Origin: an uncultured Gemmatimonadaceae bacterium
GTDB lineage: Bacteria; Gemmatimonadota; Gemmatimonadetes; Gemmatimonadales; Gemmatimonadaceae
DNA: 64,000 bases
Direction of reading: 5' to 3'
Assembly (NCBI GenBank): GCA_963740355.1
Contig: CAVUDW010000002.1
Coordinates: forward strand, 160,001 to 224,000
Shown: positions 20,468 to 29,227 of the stretch, one piece after another
Layout of the letters: every line of letters starts with the position of its first letter
Numbering within the stretch: position 1 is the first letter of the stretch
Notes under the pieces: model-generated
The model's input: only the letters and a program-made list of their open reading frames with translations
What the model was told of the DNA's origin: nothing
Databases searched by the model: none
Position numbers and translations under genes: made by a program

Positions 20468-21255
20468 CAGCGAACCAGCCCGTTGGCGATCTGCAGCATA
20501 TCGTCGCTGGTCTTGATCGACTTCGACGTCAGTTCGTAGGCGCGCATCGTCGTGATCATGTCCACCATCTCGGTCACGACTTCGACGTTCGACATTTCGA
20601 GTGCGCCCTGCATCAGGCGACCGGTCCCTTCGTCCTGCGGAAACGAGACCATCGGCTCACCGCTGGCTGGCGTGGCCGTGTACATGTTCTGGCCCATCGA
20701 GAGCAGGCCGGCCGGATTGGTGAAGCGGGCCAGTTCGATTCGGCCGAGTTCTTCCGGGATCGAGCTGCCCGCGCGCATTACGCTGACGATGCCCGATGGG
20801 CCAACACTGAGTGCCGACGATTGCGCGGGAATGCGAATGTTGGGCAGCACCGGATTGCCTTCCGAGGTCACAAGCACCCCCTGATCGGAGAGCTGGAGCT
20901 TGCCGTCGCGAGTGTACGCGATCTGGCCGCTCGGCAGCTGCACCTGCAGGAAGCCATCCCCTTCGATGGCGATGTCGGTCGGGTTTTGCGTGGTCTCGAT
21001 CGAGCCCTGTGCATGATCCTTCTGCACGCCGGCCAAGCGCACGCCACGGCCGATCTGCACGGCGGGCAGCGTGTTGGCAGCGGGGCCGCCGATCACCTGC
21101 GGGCCGCTCACCGTCTGGTACAGCAAGTCCTCGAAGTTGGCGCGGCTGCGCTTGTAGCCGGTGGTGTTCACGTTGGCCAGGTTGTTCGCGATCACTTCCT
21201 GGCGGGTCTGCTGTGCGCGCATGCCGGAGGCTGCGGCGCGGAGTGCTGGATCCAT
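20467..21255 (-). CDS. flgG: Distal rod protein
   Basis: AASGMRAQQ, ANNLANVNTTGYK, FEDLLYQ, YTRDG and LEMSNV. Confidence 0.96.
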   Translation of the reverse strand: MDPALRAAASGMRAQQTRQEVIANNLANVNTTGYKRSRANFEDLLYQTVSGPQVIGGPAANTLPAVQIGRGVRLAGVQKDHAQGSIETTQNPTDIAIEGDGFLQVQLPSGQIAYTRDGKLQLSDQGVLVTSEGNPVLPNIRIPAQSSALSVGPSGIVSVMRAGSSIPEELGRIELARFTNPAGLLSMGQNMYTATPASGEPMVSFPQDEGTGRLMQGALEMSNVEVVTEMVDMITTMRAYELTSKSIKTSDDMLQIANGLVR

Positions 21256-21274
21256 CAGAGATCTCCTGTGCGGC

Positions 21275-22027
21275 TTACGCCGGCTTTCCGATCTGGTTGG
21301 CGGCAATGCCGCGGATGTCATCCATCACTGAGATGGACTTCTGCACGTCCGCGTAAGCGCGCACGGTGTCGATCATTTCCGTCAGCGACTCGATGGCGTT
21401 CACGTTGCTGCCCTCGAGTGCCCCCTGCATCACGTTGCGATCGGCTTCGGCGGCGGGCTTGCGGGCGGCGTCGGGGAGAAAGAGTCCTCCACCTGCGTGC
21501 TGCAGGACGGCTGTCGGCGGAACACTCTCGATCCGAAGAACAGCGGCGTTCAAGCGCCCGGAGAGCCCCGCCTTGCCGTTACTGCCGTCGCCCGTTGCTG
21601 GTGGCTGCACGGTGATCACACCGTTGCGGCCGATGCCGACGTCGCCGCTGGGCAGCGTGATCGGTCCGTTCTCACCGAGGACCAGGTGTCCCTGCTGCGT
21701 CACCAGGCGGCGCTGATCGTCGAGGCGGAGTGCTCCCCCACGCGTGAGGCGTTCACCGTCCGGCGTCTGCACCACCAGGAAGGCATCGCTCTGCATCGCG
21801 ACATCGAGGGAGTTGCCGGTCGGCGTGACATCGCCTTGTGAGCGATCGGTCATCGAGTCGGCCGCGGCGACCGCGTCATCCACCATGCGACCGAAGACCC
21901 GTTCCTTCTTGAAGCCGGTGGTGTCGACGTTGGCGAGGTTGTTCGCGATCGACTGCTGGCGCCGCTCATAGAAGTGCAGGGCGGCGGCAGCGCTGGTCAG
22001 ACCGGAGTTCTTGAGGATCGGGGGCAT
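21275..22027 (-). CDS. flgF: Proximal rod protein
   Basis: ANNLANVDTTGFK, TGNSLDVA, LTRGG and GALEGSNVN. Confidence 0.9.
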   Translation of the reverse strand: MPPILKNSGLTSAAAALHFYERRQQSIANNLANVDTTGFKKERVFGRMVDDAVAAADSMTDRSQGDVTPTGNSLDVAMQSDAFLVVQTPDGERLTRGGALRLDDQRRLVTQQGHLVLGENGPITLPSGDVGIGRNGVITVQPPATGDGSNGKAGLSGRLNAAVLRIESVPPTAVLQHAGGGLFLPDAARKPAAEADRNVMQGALEGSNVNAIESLTEMIDTVRAYADVQKSISVMDDIRGIAANQIGKPA

Positions 22028-22057
22028 GGAGGCGGGGCAGGTGTCTGCCGAGTCCAT

Positions 22058-22074
22058 GTGCAAGGGGGGGGCCG
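22058..22074 (-). promoter_or_regulatory. Sigma54 -24/-12 promoter of the flgF operon
   Basis: Minus strand CGGCCCCCCCCTTGCAC (GG-N10-GC). Dyad at 22091-22115; palindrome-like sites at 22152-22166 and 22173-22187. Confidence 0.68.
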
Positions 22075-22231
22075 AAATGTCATGATCGGCTAATTCGTTT
22101 TAGGACAACGACTTATAAGAATTATCAGCTCTCGCTGTTGCGTTGGTGGCTGGGCAATTCATGCCGGTCTCGTGGAAGGGAGTGCCGACTACATCCCCGT
22201 TGGGGCTGTTTCAGGTCGCTTTGAAATTTTC

Positions 22232-22305
22232 TCCCAATTTCCATCGAGTTAGGATTCCTGCTGAAAGTGTGGAATTAATTCCTAATTTAGTAGAAATTAG
22301 GAGTT
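22232..22305. promoter_or_regulatory. AT-rich tandem inverted-repeat operators upstream of fic
   Basis: TCCTAATTT-N5-AAATTAGGA at 22280-22302 is perfect; TCCCAATTT-N5-GAGTTAGGA at 22232-22254 is degenerate. Confidence 0.55.
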
Positions 22306-22346
22306 GGCTGGGAGCAATCGTACCACGCATCGCATCACTGACGAAC

Positions 22347-23717
22347 ATGAAGCTGCCCGTCCCACCGCCGGATTTCAGGACATTGCTCCGCGCGGTGTTC
22401 ACGCGGACAACTGGCTCGGCGCAGTTCGACGATTTGATGAGTCTGCGCCTTTCGGCCGCGCCCGAAGGCAAATACCGGCACTGGGATACCTTCCGGCACA
22501 CAACAGACGTCGCGGGATTTCCGGCCGACGAGCGTTGGCTCGCGGTCAAGTTCGCGCGTCGCGCGATGTACCGGACGCTCCCACTGCACGATGTGAGTGG
22601 CCGACCATTCCAGTACGCCCTGGCTAACCCCGTCCTGGAGATGCTGCACCAGATCGACCGGAACGCCGGTGGCAACATTCAAGGCAGTGAGCAGGTCACG
22701 AATCCCTCCACCCGGGATACCTACCTGTTCAAGTCGGTTCTGGAGGAGGCGATCACTTCGAGCCAGCTCGAAGGCGCGTCCACGACACGCAAGGTCGCGA
22801 AAGCGATGATTCAGGAGGCACGGGCACCTCGTAGTCGCAGCGAGCGGATGATCCTGAACAACTATCATGGGATGTTGTTCATACGCGACTACATCACGCA
22901 GCCGCTGACACCGGCCATCGTGCTCGAATTGCAGCGCTGTCTGACGGATGGGACGCTTGATGAGCCTGACGCCGCAGGACGCTTCCGGCGACAGGACGAG
23001 CACATCGTTGTCGAGGACGACACAGGAACCCGTCTCCACACCCCGCCTGACGCGAGCGAGCTTGCGGATCGTCTGCAGGCGATGTGCGACTTTGCCAACG
23101 GATCGCCACAGGACGAGTTCACTCCTCCCGCAGTGCGGGCGATCCTGCTCCACTTCTGGCTGGCGTACGACCACCCATTCGTAGACGGCAATGGCCGCAC
23201 GGCGCGAGCACTCTTTTACTGGGCGATGGCGCGTTCGGGATACTGGCTCTGCGAATACGTCTCGATCTCACGGATCCTTCGGAAAGCACGAGCGCAGTAC
23301 GCGCGCTCATTCTTGTACACGGAAACAGATGACAATGACGTCACCTATTTCCTGCTCTACCAAATGCGCGTGCTGCTCCGGGCGATTGCTGACCTCCATG
23401 AGTTCCTTGCGCGGAAAGCGACTGAGATTCAGGAAGCCGAGGAGATCGTGAGGCGCGCGTCATCCGTGAACTCGGAGCTGAATCCGCGGCAGCTTGCCTT
23501 GATCAATCATGCTCTGAAAACATCGACTGCGCGGTACACGGTCGAGTCGCATAGAATCTCTCACGGCGTGAGTTACGAGACGGCGCGCAGCGACCTGCTC
23601 AAGCTCGTCGGGCTGCGTCTGCTGGTGAAGCGGAAGGCGGGAAAGGCATTTGTGTTCTCGCCGGCAGCGGAATTGCGCGAGCTGCTGCCGGACGAACGCG
23701 AGACTCGTCTCTCCTGA
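22347..23717 (+). CDS. Fic-domain protein with C-terminal HTH-like region
   Basis: Canonical HPFVDGNGRTAR motif, SSQLEG inhibitory-type helix, and C-terminal VSYETARSDLLKLV. Confidence 0.92.
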   Translation: MKLPVPPPDFRTLLRAVFTRTTGSAQFDDLMSLRLSAAPEGKYRHWDTFRHTTDVAGFPADERWLAVKFARRAMYRTLPLHDVSGRPFQYALANPVLEMLHQIDRNAGGNIQGSEQVTNPSTRDTYLFKSVLEEAITSSQLEGASTTRKVAKAMIQEARAPRSRSERMILNNYHGMLFIRDYITQPLTPAIVLELQRCLTDGTLDEPDAAGRFRRQDEHIVVEDDTGTRLHTPPDASELADRLQAMCDFANGSPQDEFTPPAVRAILLHFWLAYDHPFVDGNGRTARALFYWAMARSGYWLCEYVSISRILRKARAQYARSFLYTETDDNDVTYFLLYQMRVLLRAIADLHEFLARKATEIQEAEEIVRRASSVNSELNPRQLALINHALKTSTARYTVESHRISHGVSYETARSDLLKLVGLRLLVKRKAGKAFVFSPAAELRELLPDERETRLS

Positions 23718-23775
23718 TCGGAACGGCTGAAGCCGTATTGCCGCCGTCTGCTGCGCTGCACGCCTTGGGAAAGTG

Positions 23776-23819
23776 ACGAGCCCCGGGAGACGCGACCATC
23801 GCATCGCCCCGGGGCTCGT
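23776..23819. terminator. Hairpin between convergent genes
   Basis: ACGAGCCCCGGG / CCCGGGGCTCGT 12-bp stem; no long U-tract. Confidence 0.45.
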
Positions 23820-23885
23820 TCCTGCCAACTTGTATTACTGGTGTCCGCATAGATCACTCAGCCCTTGCTTCGGGCGCTTTGCTAG

Positions 23886-24503
23886 TCACCCCACCCGCGC
23901 ATTGAACTGCGTCCCAAGCGTCCGGCTCTTGGCAGCGGGCTGCGGGCGTGCCGCAGTGCCGTAGGCACCCGGCGCAGTCATCGCGCCCTCGGTGGCCGCG
24001 GTGCGCGCCGGCGCCTTGGGCGCCGTCGCGGCCTTCGCCGCCGCCGCACGACGTGCGTGCGCCTTCGGGTCGGCATTGGCCATCATCATCACCACGGCAT
24101 CACGGGCGAGCCCGGTGCGGCGCGCGATGTCGAGTGCATCAGCATTCGTTGCACGCAGCGCGCGCGTCGCAACCTTGGACACCGGCGTCGAGACCTTGAT
24201 GGTCTTGTTCGAGCCGGACTTGCGGCGCGGACGCACGACCACGGCCTGCTCGGCCGGAATCGACTTCATGCCCATCGGCGTCAGCCAGCGACGGAAGCCG
24301 CTGCCGTTCGACGGCGTGGCCAGCTGTACGGCGACTTCAGCGGCCGCCCTGCGGCGACCGCGCAAGATGGCAGCGATCGAGAGCAATAGCACCACAACCA
24401 ACAGCGAACCGACAATCATCACATCGAGCTGGTCACCGGCGATCACACGCTGCACGAACTCCGTGACCTGCGTGCGAACCTGGTCGAAATCGATCGTTGG
24501 CAT
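23886..24503 (-). CDS. Single-TM hypothetical protein after fliA, SwrB/DUF6115-like by position and HTH-like motif
   Basis: One TM segment (VMIVGSLLVVVLLLSIAAIL) and DALDIARRTGLARDAVVMM. Start overlaps the fliA stop. Confidence 0.6.
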   Translation of the reverse strand: MPTIDFDQVRTQVTEFVQRVIAGDQLDVMIVGSLLVVVLLLSIAAILRGRRRAAAEVAVQLATPSNGSGFRRWLTPMGMKSIPAEQAVVVRPRRKSGSNKTIKVSTPVSKVATRALRATNADALDIARRTGLARDAVVMMMANADPKAHARRAAAAKAATAPKAPARTAATEGAMTAPGAYGTAARPQPAAKSRTLGTQFNARVG

Positions 24504-25456
24504 CAGGCCACTTCCTCGCGCAGCGGGCGCAGTTCGGTCCGCAACTTCTGCAGGGCCTTGGATCGGATCTGTGACACGCGGCTTTCCGTCAGCTGCAGGA
24601 TGTCGGCGATCTCGTGAAGCTTCAGCTCCTCGAAGTAGTAGAGGCTGAGCACGGTGCGCTCCTGTTCCTTCAGGCGCAGGATCGCATCGCGCAGGTGATG
24701 CACTTCCTGCTCGCGGGTGATCAGGTCATCGACCGAGTCATTGCCTTCGTCAGCCAGCACTTCGATCGGCGTCGGGGCCATCGTTTCGGTCTCGCTCGGG
24801 CTGCGATCGAGCGGCACATGGTGCGCGCCTTCGACATCGGAGCGCCACTTCCAGAGCGTCGGCAGATCCACCCCAAGATGTTCTGCAACTTCGCGATCAT
24901 TCGGTGCACGACCCAGCACGCGACCAAGCGTTTCGCGGGCCTGGCCGATCTCTCGCGTCTTGCGGCGAATCGAGCGCGGCACATGATCCTGGCGACGGAG
25001 TTCGTCGAGGATGGCGCCACGAATGCGCGGGGCGGCGAAGGTGCTGAACGCGAGGCCGCGATCGACATCGAAGGCTTCGAGCGCAGACATCAAGCCGATT
25101 GAACCAGAGCTTACCAGCTCGTCGAAATCCGCCTTCACTGCCAACGTCTTCGACATCTGGCGTGCGACATGGTGCACCAGGCCCAGATGTTCCTTCAGCA
25201 GCTGTTCACGAGCATCAGGATCCCCGGCGGCCATCGCGCGCCAAAGCGAAATCTGCGGGTCCATCGTCGGCTCTTTGCGCTTGGGTGAAGGCGCAGCTCC
25301 GCTGCGCGTGGTGGTCGTCAGCGTCGCGCGTGGCGAGCGAACTGGAACCGGGCTATCGGACGGCGACACGAGTGGCAGGACGGCGTTGGCCGCGGCCTCG
25401 ATCACGGGCTGGGATGCGGTGATCACGGGGCGTCGGGTGCGAGTGGAATTCGTCAT
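24503..25456 (-). CDS. fliA: Flagellar sigma factor sigma-28
   Basis: FSTFAAPRIRGAILDELR..D.VPRS and YYFEELKLHEIA..LTESRVSQ. Start 25456 overlaps the flhF stop; alternative start is 25264. Confidence 0.95.
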   Translation of the reverse strand: MTNSTRTRRPVITASQPVIEAAANAVLPLVSPSDSPVPVRSPRATLTTTTRSGAAPSPKRKEPTMDPQISLWRAMAAGDPDAREQLLKEHLGLVHHVARQMSKTLAVKADFDELVSSGSIGLMSALEAFDVDRGLAFSTFAAPRIRGAILDELRRQDHVPRSIRRKTREIGQARETLGRVLGRAPNDREVAEHLGVDLPTLWKWRSDVEGAHHVPLDRSPSETETMAPTPIEVLADEGNDSVDDLITREQEVHHLRDAILRLKEQERTVLSLYYFEELKLHEIADILQLTESRVSQIRSKALQKLRTELRPLREEVA

Positions 25457-26271
25457 GCGGCCACCTGTCCGGCCACAAGGCCGAGTGATGCGAGGATGCG
25501 CTGTGGTGCGGGCTTCAGATCGCCGGGAACATCGAGTCCGTCGGTCAGCCAGCGCGTTGGGAGGGCGAGTAAGGCAGCGAGATCGGCAACGCCGGAATCG
25601 TCCGGCAGATCGTCGAGCTTCGTGAGCAGCAGGTGCGTTGGGCGCATCGCGAGGTGTGTGTTCCAGGCGGTGGACGCGACATCGAGGCGCACCCCGGCGG
25701 GAATCACGAAGTGGATCTCGTCCGGGCGCATCGCGCGCAGGATCGGCCACCACTCTTCATCACGTGCACCGGCCTTCGGACTGCGGCCAGGCGTGTCGAC
25801 GATCACGACGTCGACGTCGTTCAGCTGCCCGATGGCGCGCGTCGCGTCAGCGGCATCATACGCCACCTCGAGCGGACAACCAGTGATCTCGGCGTAGGTC
25901 GCGATCTGCTCGAGCCCTGCCACGCGGAAGGTGTCGAGCGTGACCATGCCGACGTTCCAGGTGCCGAAGGCGTGCACGTTGGCGGCCATCTTCGCGATCG
26001 TCGTCGTCTTGCCAGCGCCGGTGGGGCCGACCAGTGCGATGATGTAGGGACGATTGCCGCGGCGCGTCTGCGGTGCAGGCAGGTGCGTCGGCGTGATCTG
26101 GTCGCGGAAGTTGTCCACGTCCGTTGCGGACGCTGCGACGACTTCGACGGCCGACTCGCTGCCGTCGCGCACGGTGCGCGTCTGCAACACGACGGCATCA
26201 TCACCGAAGAGGGCTTCTGCGCTGCGAGCGACCGAGCTGAGGTCACGCGCACGGAATGTTTCAAGCCGCAT
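25453..26271 (-). CDS. flhF: SRP-family GTPase FlhF (short form)
   Basis: GPTGAGKTTT, DTFRVAG..Q, VDTPGRS and TKLDD. Confidence 0.92.
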   Translation of the reverse strand: MRLETFRARDLSSVARSAEALFGDDAVVLQTRTVRDGSESAVEVVAASATDVDNFRDQITPTHLPAPQTRRGNRPYIIALVGPTGAGKTTTIAKMAANVHAFGTWNVGMVTLDTFRVAGLEQIATYAEITGCPLEVAYDAADATRAIGQLNDVDVVIVDTPGRSPKAGARDEEWWPILRAMRPDEIHFVIPAGVRLDVASTAWNTHLAMRPTHLLLTKLDDLPDDSGVADLAALLALPTRWLTDGLDVPGDLKPAPQRILASLGLVAGQVAA

Positions 26272-28354
26272 GTGGCAACTCCCAGGTGGCAACGGACGTG
26301 AGATTGACCGACGCCGGCAATTCGGCGAGGCTGATGACCGGGACGTTGGGGAGTACCGGTTCGATGAGGCGGCGCACGCCGACACGCAGCGTGGGCGGGG
26401 TGATCAACGGCAGCGGACGACCTTCCACCGAGTACATGGTGGCAATGCCATTCAGTTCGCGCAGCAGCGTGGCGAGTGTGTCGGGATTGAGCAGCGACAT
26501 GCCCTGCTGCGTGCCACGCGGACTGAAGAGACCCATCAGCGACGCTTCGAGGCGCGGACCGATCGTGACACCGCGCACACTGCCGGTCATGTCGAGGAAC
26601 AAGCGGCTGATGGAATTGGCCAGTGCGCGACGGACGAACTCTGTCAGCTGCTCCGGATCCTTCGACTGCTCTGCCGCGTCGCCCAATGCTTCGAGAATCG
26701 AGACGAGGTCGCGGATCGGCACACGCTCGCGCAGCAGGCGCTGCAGCACGCGATGCAGCGTGCCCAGGTTAATGCGGCCGGGGATGATTTCCTCGACCAG
26801 CGCTGGATGACTCTTCTTCAGCGCGTCAACCATCTCCTGCACATCCTGGCGGCCGAGCAGATCGGCAGCATGCATCTTGAGCGTTTCCATCAGGTGCGTG
26901 GCGATCACCGTTGACGGCTCGACCACTACCCATCCAGCAGCTTCAGCTTCGACACGTGCCTGTGCGGTGATCCACTTCGCCGGCATGCCGAAACTGGGAT
27001 CGACGGTATCCATGCCGTCGATCTCCTGCATCACGCCACCGGTGTTGAGTGCGAGCAGGAAACGCGGCATGACTTCGGCGCGCGCCACTTCGGCACCGCG
27101 GATCTTGACGATGTATTCGTTCGCCGGGAGGCGGATGTCATCTCGGATGCGAATCGCCGGCACCAGGATGCCGAGTTCCTGCGCGCCCTGCTTGCGCAGC
27201 AAGGAGATGCGCTCGAGGAGGTCGCCGCCCTGCTTTTCGTCGATCAACGGGATGACGGCGTAGCCGACTTCCAGTTCGATCGGATCGATCTGCAGCAGGT
27301 CCTGCATCGGATCGGTGGTGGCGGGCAGCGCCGGCTTCGGTGTGTCGAGAATCAGCTGCGCGGCTTCGCTGCGTACTTCGATGGCGGTTGCACTGCGCGC
27401 CACGAATGCCATCGTGCCGGCCAGTGCGAAGAACGGGAACGCTGGCAGGCCAGGCATGAGTCCGAAGCTGGCCAGCACGCCGGCGGCAATCCACAATGCG
27501 CGTGGTTGACGGGCGAGCTGGCCGGTGATCACATCACCCATGCCTCGACCGTTGTTCGCCGAGTTGGTGACCATCAAGCCAGCGGCGACCGAGATGATCA
27601 ACGCTGGGATCTGACTCACCAGGCCTTCACCGACGGTCAGCATGACGTACTTGTTGGCGGCGGCGGCGAGCGGCAATCCCTTCTGCATCACGCCGATCAC
27701 GATGCCGCCAATGATGTTGATGCCGGTGATGAGCAGCGCGGCAACCGCGTCGCCCTTCACGAACTTCGATGCACCGTCCATCGAGCCGAAGAAGTCGGCC
27801 TGTTGCGACACACGTTCGCGACGGATGCGTGCGGCACCTTCGTCGATCAGGCCAGCGGCGAGATCGGCGTCGATCGCCATCTGCTTGCCGGGCATGGCAT
27901 CGAGGGTGAAGCGGGCGGCGACTTCGGCCACGCGTCCTGCACCCTTGGTGATGACGACGAAGTTGATCGCCAGCAGGATCAGGAAGACGACGATGCCGAC
28001 GACGTAGTTGCCGCGCAGGATGAATGTGCCGAACGCCTGGATGATGCTGCCAGCGTGGCCTTCACCGAGGATCAGCCGCGTCGAGCTGACGTTCAGGCCG
28101 AGGCGGAAGAGCGTGAGGATGAAGAGGACGGCGGGGAACGACGAGAACTCGAGCGGATCCTTGGTCGACAGCGCGACCAGCAGCACCACCAGTGCGCTGG
28201 CGATGCTGGAGGCCAGCAGCAGGTCGAGAATGACAGCAGGGAGCGGAACGACGAGCAGCGAGATGATCGCGACGACGCCGATGGCGAGGGCGATTTCTGC
28301 CGTGCGGGCAGGCTTTGCAGCGCCCGAAGGCAGCGCGGCCGCTGCACTGCTCAC
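26261..28354 (-). CDS. flhA: Flagellar export gate protein
   Basis: RVAEVAARFTLDAMPGKQMAIDADL and FFGSMDGASKFVKGDA. Confidence 0.97.
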   Translation of the reverse strand: MSSAAAALPSGAAKPARTAEIALAIGVVAIISLLVVPLPAVILDLLLASSIASALVVLLVALSTKDPLEFSSFPAVLFILTLFRLGLNVSSTRLILGEGHAGSIIQAFGTFILRGNYVVGIVVFLILLAINFVVITKGAGRVAEVAARFTLDAMPGKQMAIDADLAAGLIDEGAARIRRERVSQQADFFGSMDGASKFVKGDAVAALLITGINIIGGIVIGVMQKGLPLAAAANKYVMLTVGEGLVSQIPALIISVAAGLMVTNSANNGRGMGDVITGQLARQPRALWIAAGVLASFGLMPGLPAFPFFALAGTMAFVARSATAIEVRSEAAQLILDTPKPALPATTDPMQDLLQIDPIELEVGYAVIPLIDEKQGGDLLERISLLRKQGAQELGILVPAIRIRDDIRLPANEYIVKIRGAEVARAEVMPRFLLALNTGGVMQEIDGMDTVDPSFGMPAKWITAQARVEAEAAGWVVVEPSTVIATHLMETLKMHAADLLGRQDVQEMVDALKKSHPALVEEIIPGRINLGTLHRVLQRLLRERVPIRDLVSILEALGDAAEQSKDPEQLTEFVRRALANSISRLFLDMTGSVRGVTIGPRLEASLMGLFSPRGTQQGMSLLNPDTLATLLRELNGIATMYSVEGRPLPLITPPTLRVGVRRLIEPVLPNVPVISLAELPASVNLTSVATWELPHAA

Positions 28355-28593
28355 GCGATGGCTCCGGTGCGCGTGTGCGCGGTCGGTGCGTCATAGGTCG
28401 TGCCGAGGCGGGACGACGGGGCGCGGAATCGTGTGGTGCGAGCGGCCGGCACTTCGAGGCGACGGGTCGAGCCGTTCGACGGCGCGTCGTAGCGTGTGAT
28501 GGTGCGGGCAGCGGGTGCGTCGTAGCGGCGAGTATGTCCGTCGGCCGGCTGATAGCCGTAGCCGGAGCGGGACAGGGTGCGGGAGGCGGCCAT
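28351..28593 (-). CDS. 80-aa hypothetical protein with five ~11-aa (R/T)x(Y/F/L)xAP repeats
   Basis: GAGGA SD before the ATG; the stop overlaps the flhA GTG (GTGA). Repeats are RRYDAP, TRYDAP, RRLEVP, TRFRAP and TTYDAP. Confidence 0.55.
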   Translation of the reverse strand: MAASRTLSRSGYGYQPADGHTRRYDAPAARTITRYDAPSNGSTRRLEVPAARTTRFRAPSSRLGTTYDAPTAHTRTGAIA

Positions 28594-28604
28594 GGTGTCG
28601 TTCC

Positions 28605-28874
28605 TCAGGCCGCGAACTGGGGCAGACCGCGGAACAGCTCGGTCGTGAACTTCACGAGCAGCTGCACCATCCACGGCAGGGCCACGAGGAAGATCGCCGA
28701 GACACCGACGAGCTTCGGCAGGAAGACGAGGGTCTGTTCCTGGATCTGCGTGACGCTCTGGAAGATCGAGACGGCGAGTCCGATGCCGAGGGAGACGGCC
28801 AACATCGGGGCCGAGACCAGCAGCGAGAGCAGGATGGCGTTGCGAGCGAGGTCGACGATCTGTGCGTGTGACAT
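28605..28874 (-). CDS. fliQ: Flagellar export protein FliQ
   Basis: GLAVSIFQSVTQIQEQTLVFLPK; 89 aa. Confidence 0.95.
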   Translation of the reverse strand: MSHAQIVDLARNAILLSLLVSAPMLAVSLGIGLAVSIFQSVTQIQEQTLVFLPKLVGVSAIFLVALPWMVQLLVKFTTELFRGLPQFAA

Positions 28875-28908
28875 TGAGCCGTGTGGGGTCAGGGACGGTC
28901 TCAAGCAG

Positions 28909-28925
28909 AAGCACGGGCGGTGCCA
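28909..28925 (-). promoter_or_regulatory. Sigma54 -24/-12 promoter of the fliQ-flhA-flhF-fliA operon
   Basis: Minus strand TGGCACCGCCCGTGCTT. IHF consensus AATCAACGAGTTA (minus, 28953-28965). Palindromes at 28996-29010, 29023-29037 and 29048-29062. Confidence 0.8.
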
Positions 28926-29137
28926 TATCAGGACGGGCTGGGCCATTCGACCTAACTCGTTGATTGACAATGCTTTATACGTTGTAGCGTTGAGCCGGCT
29001 GAACCTGCCGAATCGACCAATCCGGCAGGTGTTGCCGAGTGTGGGGGCGGCGCGGATTGCCGCCAGAGGTGTCAGGGGATCGGACGGTCCGGTGCAATCG
29101 GCGAGTGGCGCTGGCGGTCGGGAATGCCGTGCGCGGC

Positions 29138-29178
29138 AAAAAAAGACAGTGCTCACGCCACTCGGCGCAAACACTGTC
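29138..29178 (-). terminator. Rho-independent terminator after flhB
   Basis: Minus strand GACAGTGTTTGCGCC-gagt-GGCGTGAGCACTGTC followed by T7. Confidence 0.8.
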
Positions 29179-29227
29179 GGTATGACTCCAGGCGACACTC
29201 GGTGCTCGAGTGTCAGACCGAGATCAG

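Noticed and set aside
22200..23820. Fic region as an IS or other mobile element
   Set aside because: No transposase, integrase, terminal inverted repeats or target duplication is seen.
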